From an uncultured virus (IMG/VR IMGVR_UViG_3300021959_000026) (taxonomy: Duplodnaviria; Heunggongvirae; Uroviricota; Caudoviricetes): a DNA stretch of 64,000 nucleotides. Of the stretch, positions 49,501 through 57,749 are shown one piece after another. The stretch lies in the IMG/VR virus record IMGVR_UViG_3300021959_000026. One strand, given 5' to 3'. Within the stretch, counting starts at the first letter, position 1. Every line of letters starts with the position of its first letter. A program made the translations under genes and the position numbers. The notes beneath the pieces were generated by a model, which was not told where the DNA came from, ran no database searches, and was given only the letters and a program-made list of their open reading frames with translations.

Positions 49501-52097
49501 TTGATGGTACGATTGTCATTGACGCTGGTGTGGTTACAGGTGCAACAAGTATTACTTCAACAGATTTTGTTGGTGATATAACTGGTGATGTGACAGGTAA
49601 TGCTGATACAGCAACTGTACTTGCAACGGCTAGAACTATCGGTGGTGTATCATTTAATGGTTCTGCTAACATTAACCTTCCCGGTGTCAATAGTGCTGGT
49701 AACCAAAATACATCTGGTAGTGCGGCAACTCTAACTACCGCAAGAACTATCGGTGGAACCTCATTTGATGGTTCTGCAAATATTGATGTTGCACTAGCCA
49801 CACTTGCTACTACTGCTACAGTCTCCGATAGCACTGCAAACACGAACTTCCCAGTGGTCTTTCACGATGAGTCAAATGCTCTATTAGATGATACGGGTGC
49901 ATTGCGTTACAACCCAAGCACAGGAACCTTACTTGTTCCAAATCTTGTTGTGGCGGGAACAACTACTCAGGTTGACACGGTTACGATGAATGCACAAAAT
50001 GCTGTTGTGTTTGAGGGTGCAACTGCTGACGATCATGAAACAACACTTACAATCATTGACCCAACTGGCGATAGAACAATCAATCTACCAAACGTGAGTG
50101 GTACAATTCCTGTACTGGCGGCCGCATCAACCACACAGATTACTTCTACTCCAGAAGAGCTTAATATTCTAGATGGTGTTACATCTACAGCAGCAGAACT
50201 GAATATTCTGGATGGTGTTACATCTACAGCAGCGGAACTTAATATTCTGGATGGTGTTACATCTACAGCAGCGGAACTTAATATTCTGGATGGTGTTACA
50301 TCAACTGCTGCTGAACTAAACATTCTTGATGGGGCAACGGTTGTCGTTGGTGAAATCAACGCATTGGATTTAGGCTCTACTGCTGTAGGTAATGCCATCG
50401 CAAGTAAAGCAGTCATATTGGACTCCAACAAAGATTATACAGGAATGCGAAATCTGACTATCAGTGGTGAGATCGACGCCGCCACTGGTGACTTCTCAGG
50501 TGCGGTAGACATTGCTGGCGCTACAACAACTGCTGCCATAACCGCTAGTGGTATTATCAAAACGGATGATGCTACAGAAGCAACCTCTACTACAAACGGT
50601 TCATTACAGACTGATGGTGGCTTATCTGTAGTCAAAGATATCGTTGCTGGTGATGACATCAAGCTTCTATCAGACGCTGCTGTTGTAGCATTTGGTGCAA
50701 ACTCCGAAATTACTCTTACTCATGTTCCTGATGTTGGTCTTACATTAACTCATGTTGAAGGCGGCAATTCCGGCATCCCAGTTGTTTTCCAATTGAAATC
50801 TGAAGAAGATGCAATTGTAGCAAACGAGGTTATTGCATCTCTTGAGTTTGCTGCTGGTGATTCTGATGGAACAGACGGTGCAACAGTCGCTGCTGGTATT
50901 CATGCGATTGCTGAAGGAACATTCTCTGCTAGTGCCAATCCGACTAAATTGGTCTTTACCACTGGTGTATCCGAGACTGCTGCTTCTAGTGCTACCGCTA
51001 AAGCGACACTAAGTTCAATCGGTGACTTCCAAGTTGCTGGTGACTTAGTAGTTAAAGATGGCGGTCTTATTGGTTCTGCTAGTGACTTGGATGCTATAGC
51101 AATTGCCTCTGATGGTGTAGTAACTATGAATCAGATACCAGTATTCAGTGCTGGTATTAATGTTTCTAGTGGTACTATTGCAGGAACACTTTCTACTGCT
51201 GCTCAAACAAATATCACTTCAGTAGGAACATTAACCGCACTTCAAGTAGATAATATTAATATCAACGGTAATGCAATAACAAGTACTGCTGGTGTAGACC
51301 TAACGATCACGCCATTAACAGGACAACAGATTGTTCTTGATGGAACAATAATTATTGACGCTGGTGTGGTTACTGGGGCAACAAGTATTACTTCAACAGA
51401 TTTTGTTGGTGATATAACTGGTGATGTTACAGGTAATGCTGATACAGCAACTACACTGGCGACAGCCAGAACTATTGGTGGGGTTTCGTTTGATGGTTCT
51501 GCTAACATTAACCTTCCCGGTGTCAATAGTGCTGGTAACCAAAATACATCTGGTAGTGCTGCAACTCTAACGACAGCTAGAACAATTGGTGGGGTTTCGT
51601 TTGATGGTTCTGCTAACATTAACCTTCCCGGTGTAAATAGTGCTGGTAACCAAAATACATCTGGTAGTGCCGCAACTGTTACAGGTGCAGCCCAAACAAA
51701 TATCACTTCAGTGGGCACACTGACAGCATTGACTGTTGATAACATTATCATTAATGGCACAAATATTGGTCATACTTCTGACACAGATTCTATAGCGATT
51801 GCCGCAGATGGTGTTGTAACATTCTCACAAATACCAGTTCTTCCTGCAAACTCAATCGATAGTGCTGCTTACGTTGATGGTTCTATTGATAGAGAGCATC
51901 TTGCAGCAGATATTATTGATGGAACTAAAATTGCTGATAATGCTATTAACTCTGAACATTACGCAGCGGATTCTATTGATGAAGAGCATATTGCTAATGA
52001 TGCTGTTGGTGCAGCAGAACTTAAAACCCTTTCAACTCTGTTGATTAAAAACTCTGCTGGCACTACACTGAAAACTTGTCATACTGCGGGTGCATAA
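40578..52097 (+). CDS. Giant repeat-rich tail fibre / adhesin (3839 aa)
   Basis: gp9/10-type N-terminus (ANDGTGDTLR..G.K.NDNF.EIY); many TARTI(G/H)G.SFDG.ANI fibre repeats; T/G/A/D-rich. Confidence 0.85.
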   Translation: MSYQSLDLGSVANDGTGDTLRESGDKTNDNFLEIYNLLGDGTDLSSGISATATVVTLTAPTISGVVGGTITSATITTLTGTTFNAGTLALVAGSITDSSGAISFGNENLTTTGSVTAASLDISGNVDIDGTLETDALTIDGVSLSETIADTVGAMVSSNTETNIAVTYDDADNTLDFVIGTLNQSTSGNAGTATALETARTIHGVSFDGTANIDLSEVVQDTVGAMFSSNTETNITATYQDADGTIDLVIGTLNQDTTGNAATATALETARTIGGTSFDGSANIAVALSATATALETARTIHGVSFDGTANIDLTEVVQDTVGAMFSSNTETGITVTYQDADGTIDLVVGTLNQDTTGNAATATALETSRTIGGVSFDGTGNINLPGVNTSGNQDTSGTAAKVTVTDSNANTNFPVVFHDESNALLDDTGALRYNPSTGELLVPNLTVAGTTTQVNTVTMNAQNAVVFEGATANDFETTLTITDPTADRTITMPDATGTMALTSSDITGNAATATALATARTIHGVSFDGTGNIDLTEVVQDTVGAMFSSNTETGITVTYQDADGTIDLVVGTLNQDTTGNAATATALETARTIHGVSFDGTGNIDLTEVVQDTVGAMFSSNTETGIAVSYEDGDGTIDLVVGTLNQDTTGNAATATALETARTIGGTSFDGTANIAVALSATATALETARTIHGVSFDGTANIDLTEVVQDTVGAMFSSNTETNITATYQDADGTIDLVIGTLNQNTTGNAATATALETARTIHGVSFDGTANIDLTEVVQDTIGAMFSSNTETGVTVTYQDADGTIDVVVGTLNQDTTGNAATATALETARTIGGTSFDGTANIAVALADTATALATARTIHGVSFDGTANIDLTEVVQDTVGAMFSSNTETNITATYQDADGTIDLVIGTLNQDTTGSAATLTTARTIGGVSFDGSANINLPGVNTAGNQNTSGTAAVATVATTVTITDNESTDENNAIVFTAGGDVDGGNLGLESDGTLTYNPSTGKITATGFVGALTGDVTGDVTGNADTATALATARTIHGVSFDGTGNIDLTEVVQDTVGAMFGSNTETGITVTYQDADGTIDLVVGTLNQDTTGTAAKVTVTDSTANTNFPVTFHDESNSLLDDTGALRYNPSTGTLLVPNLVVAGTTTQVDTVTMNAENAVIFEGATADDFETTLTITDPTADRTQRLLNQSGYIPLLAAVTTTAITSTPEELNILDGATVVVGEINALDLGSTAVGNAIASKAVILDSNKDYTGIRNFTVSGELDAATGDFSGNVDVDGTLEADAITVNGTALDEFISDTVGAMVSSNTETGIAVTYQDADNTIDFALNAAQTTITSLLATDIKIGEDDQTKIDFETADTINFYAGNEKQLILTDGALTPGADNILDLGSSSVEFKDAYFDGTVTSDAFAGPLTGNVTGNADTATALATARTIGGVSFDGSANINLPGVNTAGNQNTSGTAAVATTVTITDNESTDEDNAIVFTAGGDVDGGNLGLESDGTLTYNPSTGKITATGFVGTLTGNVTGNTSGTAATVTSAAQTNITSVGTLTALQVDNININGNAITSTAGTDLTITPLAGQQIVLDGTIVVDAGVVTGATSITSTAFVGDITGDVTGNADTATTLATARTIGGTSFDGSANIDVALATLATTVTITDNESTNEDNALIFAAGGDVDGGNLGLESDGTLTYNPSTGKVTATGFVGTLTGDVTGDVTGNADTATVLATARTIGGVSFNGSANINLPGVNTAGNQNTSGSAATLTTARTIGGTSFDGSANIDVALATLATTVTITDNESTDEDNALIFTAGGNVDGGNLGLESDGTLTYNPSTGKVTATGFVGTLTGDVTGDVTGDVTGNADTATVLATARTIGGVSFNGSANIDLPGVNSAGNQNTSGSAATLTTARTIGGTSFDGSANIDVALATLATTVTVSDSTANTNFPVVFNDESNALLDDTGALRYNPSTGTLLVPNLVVAGTTTQVDTVTMEAANAIVFEGATADAYETTLTITDPTADRTITLPDVTGTVALTSSNITGSAATLTTARTIGGVSFDGSANINLPGVNIAGNQNTTGSAATLTTARTIGGVSFDGSANINLPGVNSAGNQNTSGTAATVTGAAQTNITSLGTLTALTVDNIIINGTNIGHTSDTDSIAIASNGVVTFSQAPVFPDGSIAIADLDIDGATDIGAALADADLFIVDDGAGGTNRKSTLARLKTYMSAGSTVSADDINAGDAAVTITTSSGNITIDAAADDSDIILKGTDGTVDTTYLTIDGSAAGEATFNAGIVIADAGTIGSASDKDAIAIASDGVVTMNQIPVFSAGINVSGGSIAGTLSTAAQGNITSLGTLTALTVDNVVINGATIGHGDDTDLMTVADGILTVAGEVSMTTLDIGGTNVTSTAAELNVLDGITAVVGELNALDLGSTAVGNAIASKAVILDSNKDYTGIRNFTIDGDLDVGDDLKLTSDAALISFGANSEITMTHVHDTGLTLTHTATGDNTPMVLQLKSEEDIVEANEVIASIEFAAGDSDGTDGATVAAGIHAIAEGTFSASANATKLVFTTGVSETAASSATAKMTLSSAGLLTIADDLVIKDGGTIGVASDADAITIASNGQVTLTQTLIGTALDISGDVDVDGTLEADAITVNGTALAEFISDTAGAMVSSNTETGIAVTYQDADNTIDFAINAAQTTITSLLATDIKIGEDDQTKIDFETADEIHFYAANAHQVKIVDGAIVPATDDDVDLGTSSAEFKNAFFDGTVTSDAFAGPLTGNVTGNADTASKLATARTIGGVSFDGSANINLPGVNSAGNQNTSGSAATLTTARTIGGTSFDGSANIDVALATLATTVTITDNESTDENNAIIFAAGGDIDGGNLGLESDGTLTYNPSTGKVTATGFVGTLTGNVTGNTSGTAATVTGAAQTNITSVGTLTALQVDNININGNAITSTAGVDLTITPLTGQQIVLDGTIVIDAGVVTGATSITSTDFVGDITGDVTGNADTATVLATARTIGGVSFNGSANINLPGVNSAGNQNTSGSAATLTTARTIGGTSFDGSANIDVALATLATTATVSDSTANTNFPVVFHDESNALLDDTGALRYNPSTGTLLVPNLVVAGTTTQVDTVTMNAQNAVVFEGATADDHETTLTIIDPTGDRTINLPNVSGTIPVLAAASTTQITSTPEELNILDGVTSTAAELNILDGVTSTAAELNILDGVTSTAAELNILDGVTSTAAELNILDGATVVVGEINALDLGSTAVGNAIASKAVILDSNKDYTGMRNLTISGEIDAATGDFSGAVDIAGATTTAAITASGIIKTDDATEATSTTNGSLQTDGGLSVVKDIVAGDDIKLLSDAAVVAFGANSEITLTHVPDVGLTLTHVEGGNSGIPVVFQLKSEEDAIVANEVIASLEFAAGDSDGTDGATVAAGIHAIAEGTFSASANPTKLVFTTGVSETAASSATAKATLSSIGDFQVAGDLVVKDGGLIGSASDLDAIAIASDGVVTMNQIPVFSAGINVSSGTIAGTLSTAAQTNITSVGTLTALQVDNININGNAITSTAGVDLTITPLTGQQIVLDGTIIIDAGVVTGATSITSTDFVGDITGDVTGNADTATTLATARTIGGVSFDGSANINLPGVNSAGNQNTSGSAATLTTARTIGGVSFDGSANINLPGVNSAGNQNTSGSAATVTGAAQTNITSVGTLTALTVDNIIINGTNIGHTSDTDSIAIAADGVVTFSQIPVLPANSIDSAAYVDGSIDREHLAADIIDGTKIADNAINSEHYAADSIDEEHIANDAVGAAELKTLSTLLIKNSAGTTLKTCHTAGA
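50157..50333 (+). repeat. 39-bp in-frame tandem repeat (ELNILDGVTSTAA, about 4.5 units)
   Basis: Units start at 50157, 50196, 50235, 50274, 50313. Confidence 0.9.
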
Positions 52098-52123
52098 ATA
52101 TGAGTAATATGGAGAATAATTAA

Positions 52124-53065
52124 ATGACAGCACGGTCACCCCTATGGTATAATAGCGGCAATCTTCAAGAGATGACCTCCGCTGAGATTGTTGAATGGCA
52201 AAAGGCAGCAATTTATGTTTATGCTCAGTCTCCAACATCAGTACTTACTGTTGTTGGCGGCTCGGGTAACCTTGCTGCTATGAGTGATACAAGAAAAACG
52301 GCGGGTGCTTCTTCTACAAATGTATCTGCTTTTGTTGCTGAAACCAGTACTGCTGAACCCGGCACTACTACCGTTTCATATGACAAGGTTACTCAAACAC
52401 TTACTACAAGTGGTGTTGGCCAAGTTTCTGATACTGGCAAATCCTATCCTGTTTATTATGACGGTAGTGGAAACATTCAAGCAATGAATCTTACAGATTT
52501 TAGAGATACTTTTATTGCCCCCGCAATTACTCTAATGGTATCAGGCTCAGAATCAAACAATACTGGTGGAACTTATACGATTACAACTTCTTCAACGGCG
52601 CCGGCAGGATATACTAATGTGTCTACTACTGCTGTGTTTGTCGATACTCGTGCAAACACAGCTGCGTATACTGCTGCTGGTATTCCAGAAACATTGGATC
52701 AACCTACTACGATAACTAGTTATTTTCTTCACAGAAGGAATGGTGCAGATAGTACACCAACTAGAAATCTGTTGCTTATCAACGGTGACAATGATTTGCA
52801 AGAAGGCGCAACTGCTACAATGAAATCTTTGATAGGAAACTGGATACGTTATGATGCTGCTAACACCGTTGGTCAAAAAATCACATATACGATGGCAACA
52901 TCTGGTGGTAGTACAAGGGGTACTGCTATTGTTGATACACGTCTTAACGGCGCTGGTAATTACCAACAAAAACTGATCAACGCCGATGACTATCGTTCAC
53001 AGGAATTCCCGAATGGTAGTGCAGCAACAATAACAACATATAATCTTAGGATTGCTAAATCTTAA
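52124..53065 (+). CDS. Virion structural / fibre-associated protein
   Basis: T/S/G/A-rich; repeated P..Y...GN.Q.M motif; CATAAATA at 52093-52100. Confidence 0.6.
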   Translation: MTARSPLWYNSGNLQEMTSAEIVEWQKAAIYVYAQSPTSVLTVVGGSGNLAAMSDTRKTAGASSTNVSAFVAETSTAEPGTTTVSYDKVTQTLTTSGVGQVSDTGKSYPVYYDGSGNIQAMNLTDFRDTFIAPAITLMVSGSESNNTGGTYTITTSSTAPAGYTNVSTTAVFVDTRANTAAYTAAGIPETLDQPTTITSYFLHRRNGADSTPTRNLLLINGDNDLQEGATATMKSLIGNWIRYDAANTVGQKITYTMATSGGSTRGTAIVDTRLNGAGNYQQKLINADDYRSQEFPNGSAATITTYNLRIAKS

Positions 53066-53084
53066 TAAAGAGTGGGAGATATTA

Positions 53085-53678
53085 ATGTCATATTTATGGA
53101 CAGATAAAATTACAGATTACTATTACAGCAATCCAGAATTGGATACTGTTGCAGTTCTGTGGACAGACCCAGATGATGGTCTTGTCAGAGAACATTATAT
53201 TCTGGTAGATGAAGAAGATGAACAGTGGAGAGATTTTGTAAAAGTAGTTTCTTATGAGGATATAGATAAACGTACTCAGGTTCGTCATGAAGAGTTTCGT
53301 GAACAATTTAGAGAAGCATTTCGAGAATGGACTGTAAGAAATGAAGAAATAAATGAAGATGACATACAAAATACAAATCAATCAACTAATACAACTAATA
53401 TTGAAGATGTAATTATTAATTTTATCTCAGAATTTGATAATACAGAGGCCGATCAAAAAGAAAAGTTGTTTAAACTTAAACTCAAGGTTTTTGAACAAGA
53501 CGTTGTGAAAAACTCAGGTTCAGACGATAAATTTAAAAACGCAAAAACATTTATTCGTAAGGCAGACAATCCTATAGAAATTCTATTAGGATACATGGTA
53601 TTTACAAATGGTGCTGAGATCAAGATGTCCGATATAGAAAAGTTTAAAGTTGAGGGGGTTTATATTCCGATAAAATAA
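53085..53678 (+). CDS. Hypothetical acidic protein
   Basis: GGAG RBS; ELFKLKL.VFE...VK.S......IRKA pattern. Confidence 0.65.
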   Translation: MSYLWTDKITDYYYSNPELDTVAVLWTDPDDGLVREHYILVDEEDEQWRDFVKVVSYEDIDKRTQVRHEEFREQFREAFREWTVRNEEINEDDIQNTNQSTNTTNIEDVIINFISEFDNTEADQKEKLFKLKLKVFEQDVVKNSGSDDKFKNAKTFIRKADNPIEILLGYMVFTNGAEIKMSDIEKFKVEGVYIPIK

Positions 53679-54421
53679 TGATGAATAATATATTATGTAT
53701 GAAGTGGGGAGATAAGTATGATGACTCCTATGTTGAGAAGTTAAAAGAACAGTGCGAGGCAAACTGTTCTGTCCCCTTTAAGTTCTGGTGTTTTACCGAC
53801 AAGCCAGAAAAAGACTGGCACATTCCAATTCCAACTACACTAGATGAGTTTTATGATGAGGACCGTGGTTTCTTCTGGGCGTATCGTAAGTGTTATATGT
53901 TTAGACCTGATCTTATTAGTGGTGATGGTAAATCTTTCCCAGACAATTCCAAGTTTCTTTTCCTTGATCTTGATGTTATCATTCATCAAGACTTAAAGTA
54001 TTTCTTTGATTTACCTAACGACAAGCCTTGGATTGTTCGTGGGTGGTGGAATAATATTCATACTGTTAAACAAAACTATGCAAAGCATAAATCAACACCT
54101 CTTAATTCATCAGTCATAGTATGGAAGAAGGACCAGATGATGCCTGTGTGGAATCATGTTGTGAAACATCCCGAACTTGTTTTCTTTACATACCCAAGTT
54201 TGGATAACTACTTTGCCCACCATTGGTATGATCCTTGGAAAGAAGATGAGGGATTTTTGCAAGGATTTCCACAAGGAGATATATATTCATGGTATAAGGG
54301 AAATATTTTTCCTGATGATATGGAGAAAAATAAAATAAGAGAAGACCACAAAATTTGTTTGTTTAATAATAGTGCAGAAACTAGTGATGTTGAGGAGTTA
54401 AAATCGTTATGGAATATTTGA
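53678..54421 (+). CDS. Glycosyltransferase (GT-A, DxD)
   Basis: ILCMKWGDKY...YV.KL, F.CFTD, LFLDLDVII, LNSSV..W. Confidence 0.8.
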   Translation: MMNNILCMKWGDKYDDSYVEKLKEQCEANCSVPFKFWCFTDKPEKDWHIPIPTTLDEFYDEDRGFFWAYRKCYMFRPDLISGDGKSFPDNSKFLFLDLDVIIHQDLKYFFDLPNDKPWIVRGWWNNIHTVKQNYAKHKSTPLNSSVIVWKKDQMMPVWNHVVKHPELVFFTYPSLDNYFAHHWYDPWKEDEGFLQGFPQGDIYSWYKGNIFPDDMEKNKIREDHKICLFNNSAETSDVEELKSLWNI

Positions 54422-55083
54422 AATTTACTCCAGAGTTAGCTCACGATTGGAAAAACGCATTATCAACTTCAGAACCATATGTGTTCAAAAGAGTATTGGA
54501 TTCCATGAACCGATCTCAATTAGAAAGTAAGTTGTGGATAATCCAAGAATTAATCAAGTTAGAAATTAAACCAAAAAGAGTTGCAATACTTGCTGGGTGG
54601 TACTCACAATATATCATTCCTCTTTTGATAGAACACGGTGTTGAGTTCATTTATAATTTTGAAATTGATCGTGACGCTAAAGACATATCTTACAAGTTTA
54701 ATAAAAGATATAAGGATCAAGAGAAATACGAATGTCACATAACGGATGTTATGTTTGAAAAAATTGCTAAAAAAGAAGAAAAGTTTGGAGTCTTTGATCT
54801 TATTATAAACACTTCCTGTGAACATATGTATCCCATGCATAGATTTCGTAAAATTAATACAAGTGTTTCTAGTGATGGTCACGGTTATGGTTCTGATGCG
54901 GTATTCGGTGGTGATCCAATATATGTTTTGCAATCTACAAACGAGGATAAATATGAGGACCACATCAATTGCGTGAGTGGTCCAGAAGAACTTGCAGAAC
55001 AGGCGAAACTGATTGATGTTGTATACAGCGGAACAAAGGTTCTGGACAACGGCATGAACAGATTTATGGTGATTGGTAAATGA
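54409..55083 (+). CDS. Class I SAM-dependent methyltransferase-like protein
   Basis: QL.SK.W, V.ILAGWY, FEID, DLIINTSCEHM, LQS, H.NCV, RFMVIG. Confidence 0.75.
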   Translation: MEYLKFTPELAHDWKNALSTSEPYVFKRVLDSMNRSQLESKLWIIQELIKLEIKPKRVAILAGWYSQYIIPLLIEHGVEFIYNFEIDRDAKDISYKFNKRYKDQEKYECHITDVMFEKIAKKEEKFGVFDLIINTSCEHMYPMHRFRKINTSVSSDGHGYGSDAVFGGDPIYVLQSTNEDKYEDHINCVSGPEELAEQAKLIDVVYSGTKVLDNGMNRFMVIGK

Positions 55084-55778
55084 AAAAAAATAAAATCGTA
55101 GATTGGTGTAGAGATAATGATGTCTGGTATCTCAAGATGGACATAGAGATACCAGAGGTTTGCATTCAAGAAGCACAAGCAGTATATGATGAGGGGTTCT
55201 TTGTAGATCATAGATATGGTGATGGAGATGGTTGGTGTTCTGCGGCCATACACAGTTTTGTGGAGAAAGGTTCTGACCCATCACTAGGGTGGTATCACAC
55301 AAAAAATCCAAATGGTCATGGATTAACTGAGGATACTGTTGATTGGGGATGGACAGAGGTTGCAGAGGTCGCACCTGAGACTAAAAGATGGTTGGAAGAT
55401 TTTCCACACAGAAATTATCGACGTTTGCGATTTATGTTATTGGAACCGAATGGAACAATTGAAGCACATAACGATTCAAATGAGAAAAGAGACAAAGAAG
55501 GTAGGACAAGAAACATTGCTGGCGCAATCAATCTAGCCTTCTATCAACCAGAGAATTGTTATCTGAGACGCACAGACACAAAGGAAGAGTTGCCATTTGA
55601 AAACTGCACTGGGTTTTGGTTTGACAATGGCGTAAATCATGAAGCATTAAATAGTTCAAACGAGAATAGGTTCCACTTCATTATGCACGGTGGTTTCAAT
55701 AAGGAACGTGAAGAACTTATGAAGAGGTCGTTAGTCAAACAGTTTGGTAAAGATGTATTGAGAGAGATCAATGAATAG
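55080..55778 (+). CDS. Aspartyl/asparaginyl beta-hydroxylase-like dioxygenase
   Basis: RLRFMLLEPNG.I.AH.D, INLA...P, H...N.S...R.H.I.HG. Confidence 0.8.
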   Translation: MKKNKIVDWCRDNDVWYLKMDIEIPEVCIQEAQAVYDEGFFVDHRYGDGDGWCSAAIHSFVEKGSDPSLGWYHTKNPNGHGLTEDTVDWGWTEVAEVAPETKRWLEDFPHRNYRRLRFMLLEPNGTIEAHNDSNEKRDKEGRTRNIAGAINLAFYQPENCYLRRTDTKEELPFENCTGFWFDNGVNHEALNSSNENRFHFIMHGGFNKEREELMKRSLVKQFGKDVLREINE

Positions 55779-57057
55779 CTTTGATGAATTTGTTACCCTG
55801 TGGGTGGGTGAAACACATAATAAAAAAATATACAAGAGATTTAAAGATATGTTGTTTCTGGTAGTTTATCCAGACAAACTAAAGTGGGATTTTGGAATAG
55901 AGAAACAAACCCAAACTACTACATTTATGATTTCTGGTGGGGCAACTGGTTCGGGTACTGGACACGATGTTCATTTTTGTTATAGAAGTGAAGTTCATGA
56001 TGTTCTTTTAAATTGTGATCATACCCATGCTATGATTGTATCAGTTGGTATGGTATTTGATATGGTATCTGGTGGTCCAGAGAAAAGACAAACACCGATA
56101 ACAGACTTCTATGATTTTGTGGAGAGTGGTAAGTTTTGCAAAGCACACATAATGGCAAAACCAGACCGTAAAGCATATTTTCACCATCAACATATGAATT
56201 TAAATTTGACAATGTGGAAGGATATTGGAGCTCCAGATATGTCTGATAGATATGATGTTATTAAACGATCCCCCGACAATTTCCATGATGACTATACCCC
56301 GCCATGGATTGAGATAGAAGGGATGCCTACTATCACGAATTTTACCCATTCTGAAAGATCAAGGAAATCTTTTTCATATTATAGAGATCATCAGACTGAA
56401 GCTTGGAAAGACCTTGATAATGTAGATTTAAATGACTACTATTTTAGTAGATTTATGACAAGAATACGAAAACAATTTTATATAGAGAATACAGAAAGAG
56501 TTGGAGAACTACCCACGGAAAAATTTGATATTATATTTTCTACTACGGCAGGTCAACGTGCTGCACTAATTGTAGACAGATTGGATTTTGACGGTGAGGT
56601 TGTGTTGTTTGATTATTGTCAAGAAAATTTGGATATAAAACAAATGATTGTAGAAATGAACATGTCTTTAAAGGAAATTGGTTATTACAGTAAAAGACTT
56701 ACTCACAATATGGTAATGCCTGATTCTATTTCATCTAAAAATGCAAAGCGAGATATGCCTGCATTTGAAGATTTGAGAAAATTAGAACAAAAAATGCACA
56801 ATGATTATGACATTGAATACTGGTTGATGGACTTGATATCACCAAATTATGACAGACTCTTGAAAAAAATTAAAGGTAAAACTATATTTTTTGACGCAAC
56901 TAACATTTTCTGTTATCACATGTCACACGCATATTATACTCTAGATGAATTGGTGAATGCGTATAATAACTTACTGGATGTTTTAAAACACGCAGATGGA
57001 GCTTATTTACGAGGATGGACTCCAACAAAACAGAGATATGATAAATGGATATCGTAG
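55771..57057 (+). CDS. Hypothetical protein (428 aa) in modification cluster
   Basis: Overlaps neighbours; H.Q...LNL..W, RS..NFHDDYTP.W motif. Confidence 0.7.
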   Translation: MNSFDEFVTLWVGETHNKKIYKRFKDMLFLVVYPDKLKWDFGIEKQTQTTTFMISGGATGSGTGHDVHFCYRSEVHDVLLNCDHTHAMIVSVGMVFDMVSGGPEKRQTPITDFYDFVESGKFCKAHIMAKPDRKAYFHHQHMNLNLTMWKDIGAPDMSDRYDVIKRSPDNFHDDYTPPWIEIEGMPTITNFTHSERSRKSFSYYRDHQTEAWKDLDNVDLNDYYFSRFMTRIRKQFYIENTERVGELPTEKFDIIFSTTAGQRAALIVDRLDFDGEVVLFDYCQENLDIKQMIVEMNMSLKEIGYYSKRLTHNMVMPDSISSKNAKRDMPAFEDLRKLEQKMHNDYDIEYWLMDLISPNYDRLLKKIKGKTIFFDATNIFCYHMSHAYYTLDELVNAYNNLLDVLKHADGAYLRGWTPTKQRYDKWIS

Positions 57058-57749
57058 CAGTTCGTATCGGTGATAAGTATGGTCCAGAGTATGAGACATA
57101 CCTAGAGAACAAGTTACCAGAGTATAACTTTATCTGGGTTCATGAACCATATCATCCAGACGTAACTTTGCAGTGGAACAAGATGTGGGGTATGCAGATG
57201 GACACTGATGAACCTATCTGTGTAATGGACATTGATATTTTGCTTGTGGGTGAATATAAAAAGGTATTTGACTATCCAATAAAGCCGGGACAGTTTCTTG
57301 CAATGCCGGGGTGGTGGAGAAATGATTCCGACACTTATGAGATTAATGGTGGGTTCTTTAAATACTACCCAAAGGAATGCAAATATATCTATGATAAGTT
57401 CATGGAAGACATTCATCATTGGCAACAATTCTATATTAAGAATGGACAGACTAGTGGGCCTGTTAATGGTGAACAATACTTTGTAGAGGATAACTTGAGG
57501 GAAAGACTAGAATTGATCACACTACCTAAAGAGTGGTTTACCAGATGGGTTGCTGATGATAAAGTAATTGATTTTAAAAATAACAGAACTTGGCAATACA
57601 AAATGACTGAGAGATATAAAAAGGTGACAGGAAACGATTGGATATATATGGGTGGGGAGTTTCATCCTGATATAAAGTTTGTGCATTTCACAAACCACAG
57701 AAACAAACCACATGAATGGAGAGACTATGAAAGTTTTCGCAGCAACTAG
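57045..57749 (+). CDS. Glycosyltransferase (GT-A, DxD)
   Basis: VRIGDKYGPEYE, WNKM, VMDIDI, WW...NGGF, GEQ.FV, VHF...NKPH. Confidence 0.75.
   Translation: MDIVAVRIGDKYGPEYETYLENKLPEYNFIWVHEPYHPDVTLQWNKMWGMQMDTDEPICVMDIDILLVGEYKKVFDYPIKPGQFLAMPGWWRNDSDTYEINGGFFKYYPKECKYIYDKFMEDIHHWQQFYIKNGQTSGPVNGEQYFVEDNLRERLELITLPKEWFTRWVADDKVIDFKNNRTWQYKMTERYKKVTGNDWIYMGGEFHPDIKFVHFTNHRNKPHEWRDYESFRSN

Noticed and set aside
50157..50333. 39-bp repeats as a possible CRISPR array
   Set aside because: Contiguous in-frame tandem coding repeat with no unique spacers and no cas genes
40679..51760. Many long minus-strand ORFs (e.g. 45263-46438, 49037-49843) inside the giant fibre gene
   Set aside because: Antisense shadows of the repetitive Thr/Ala/Gly codons; no RBS or independent motifs
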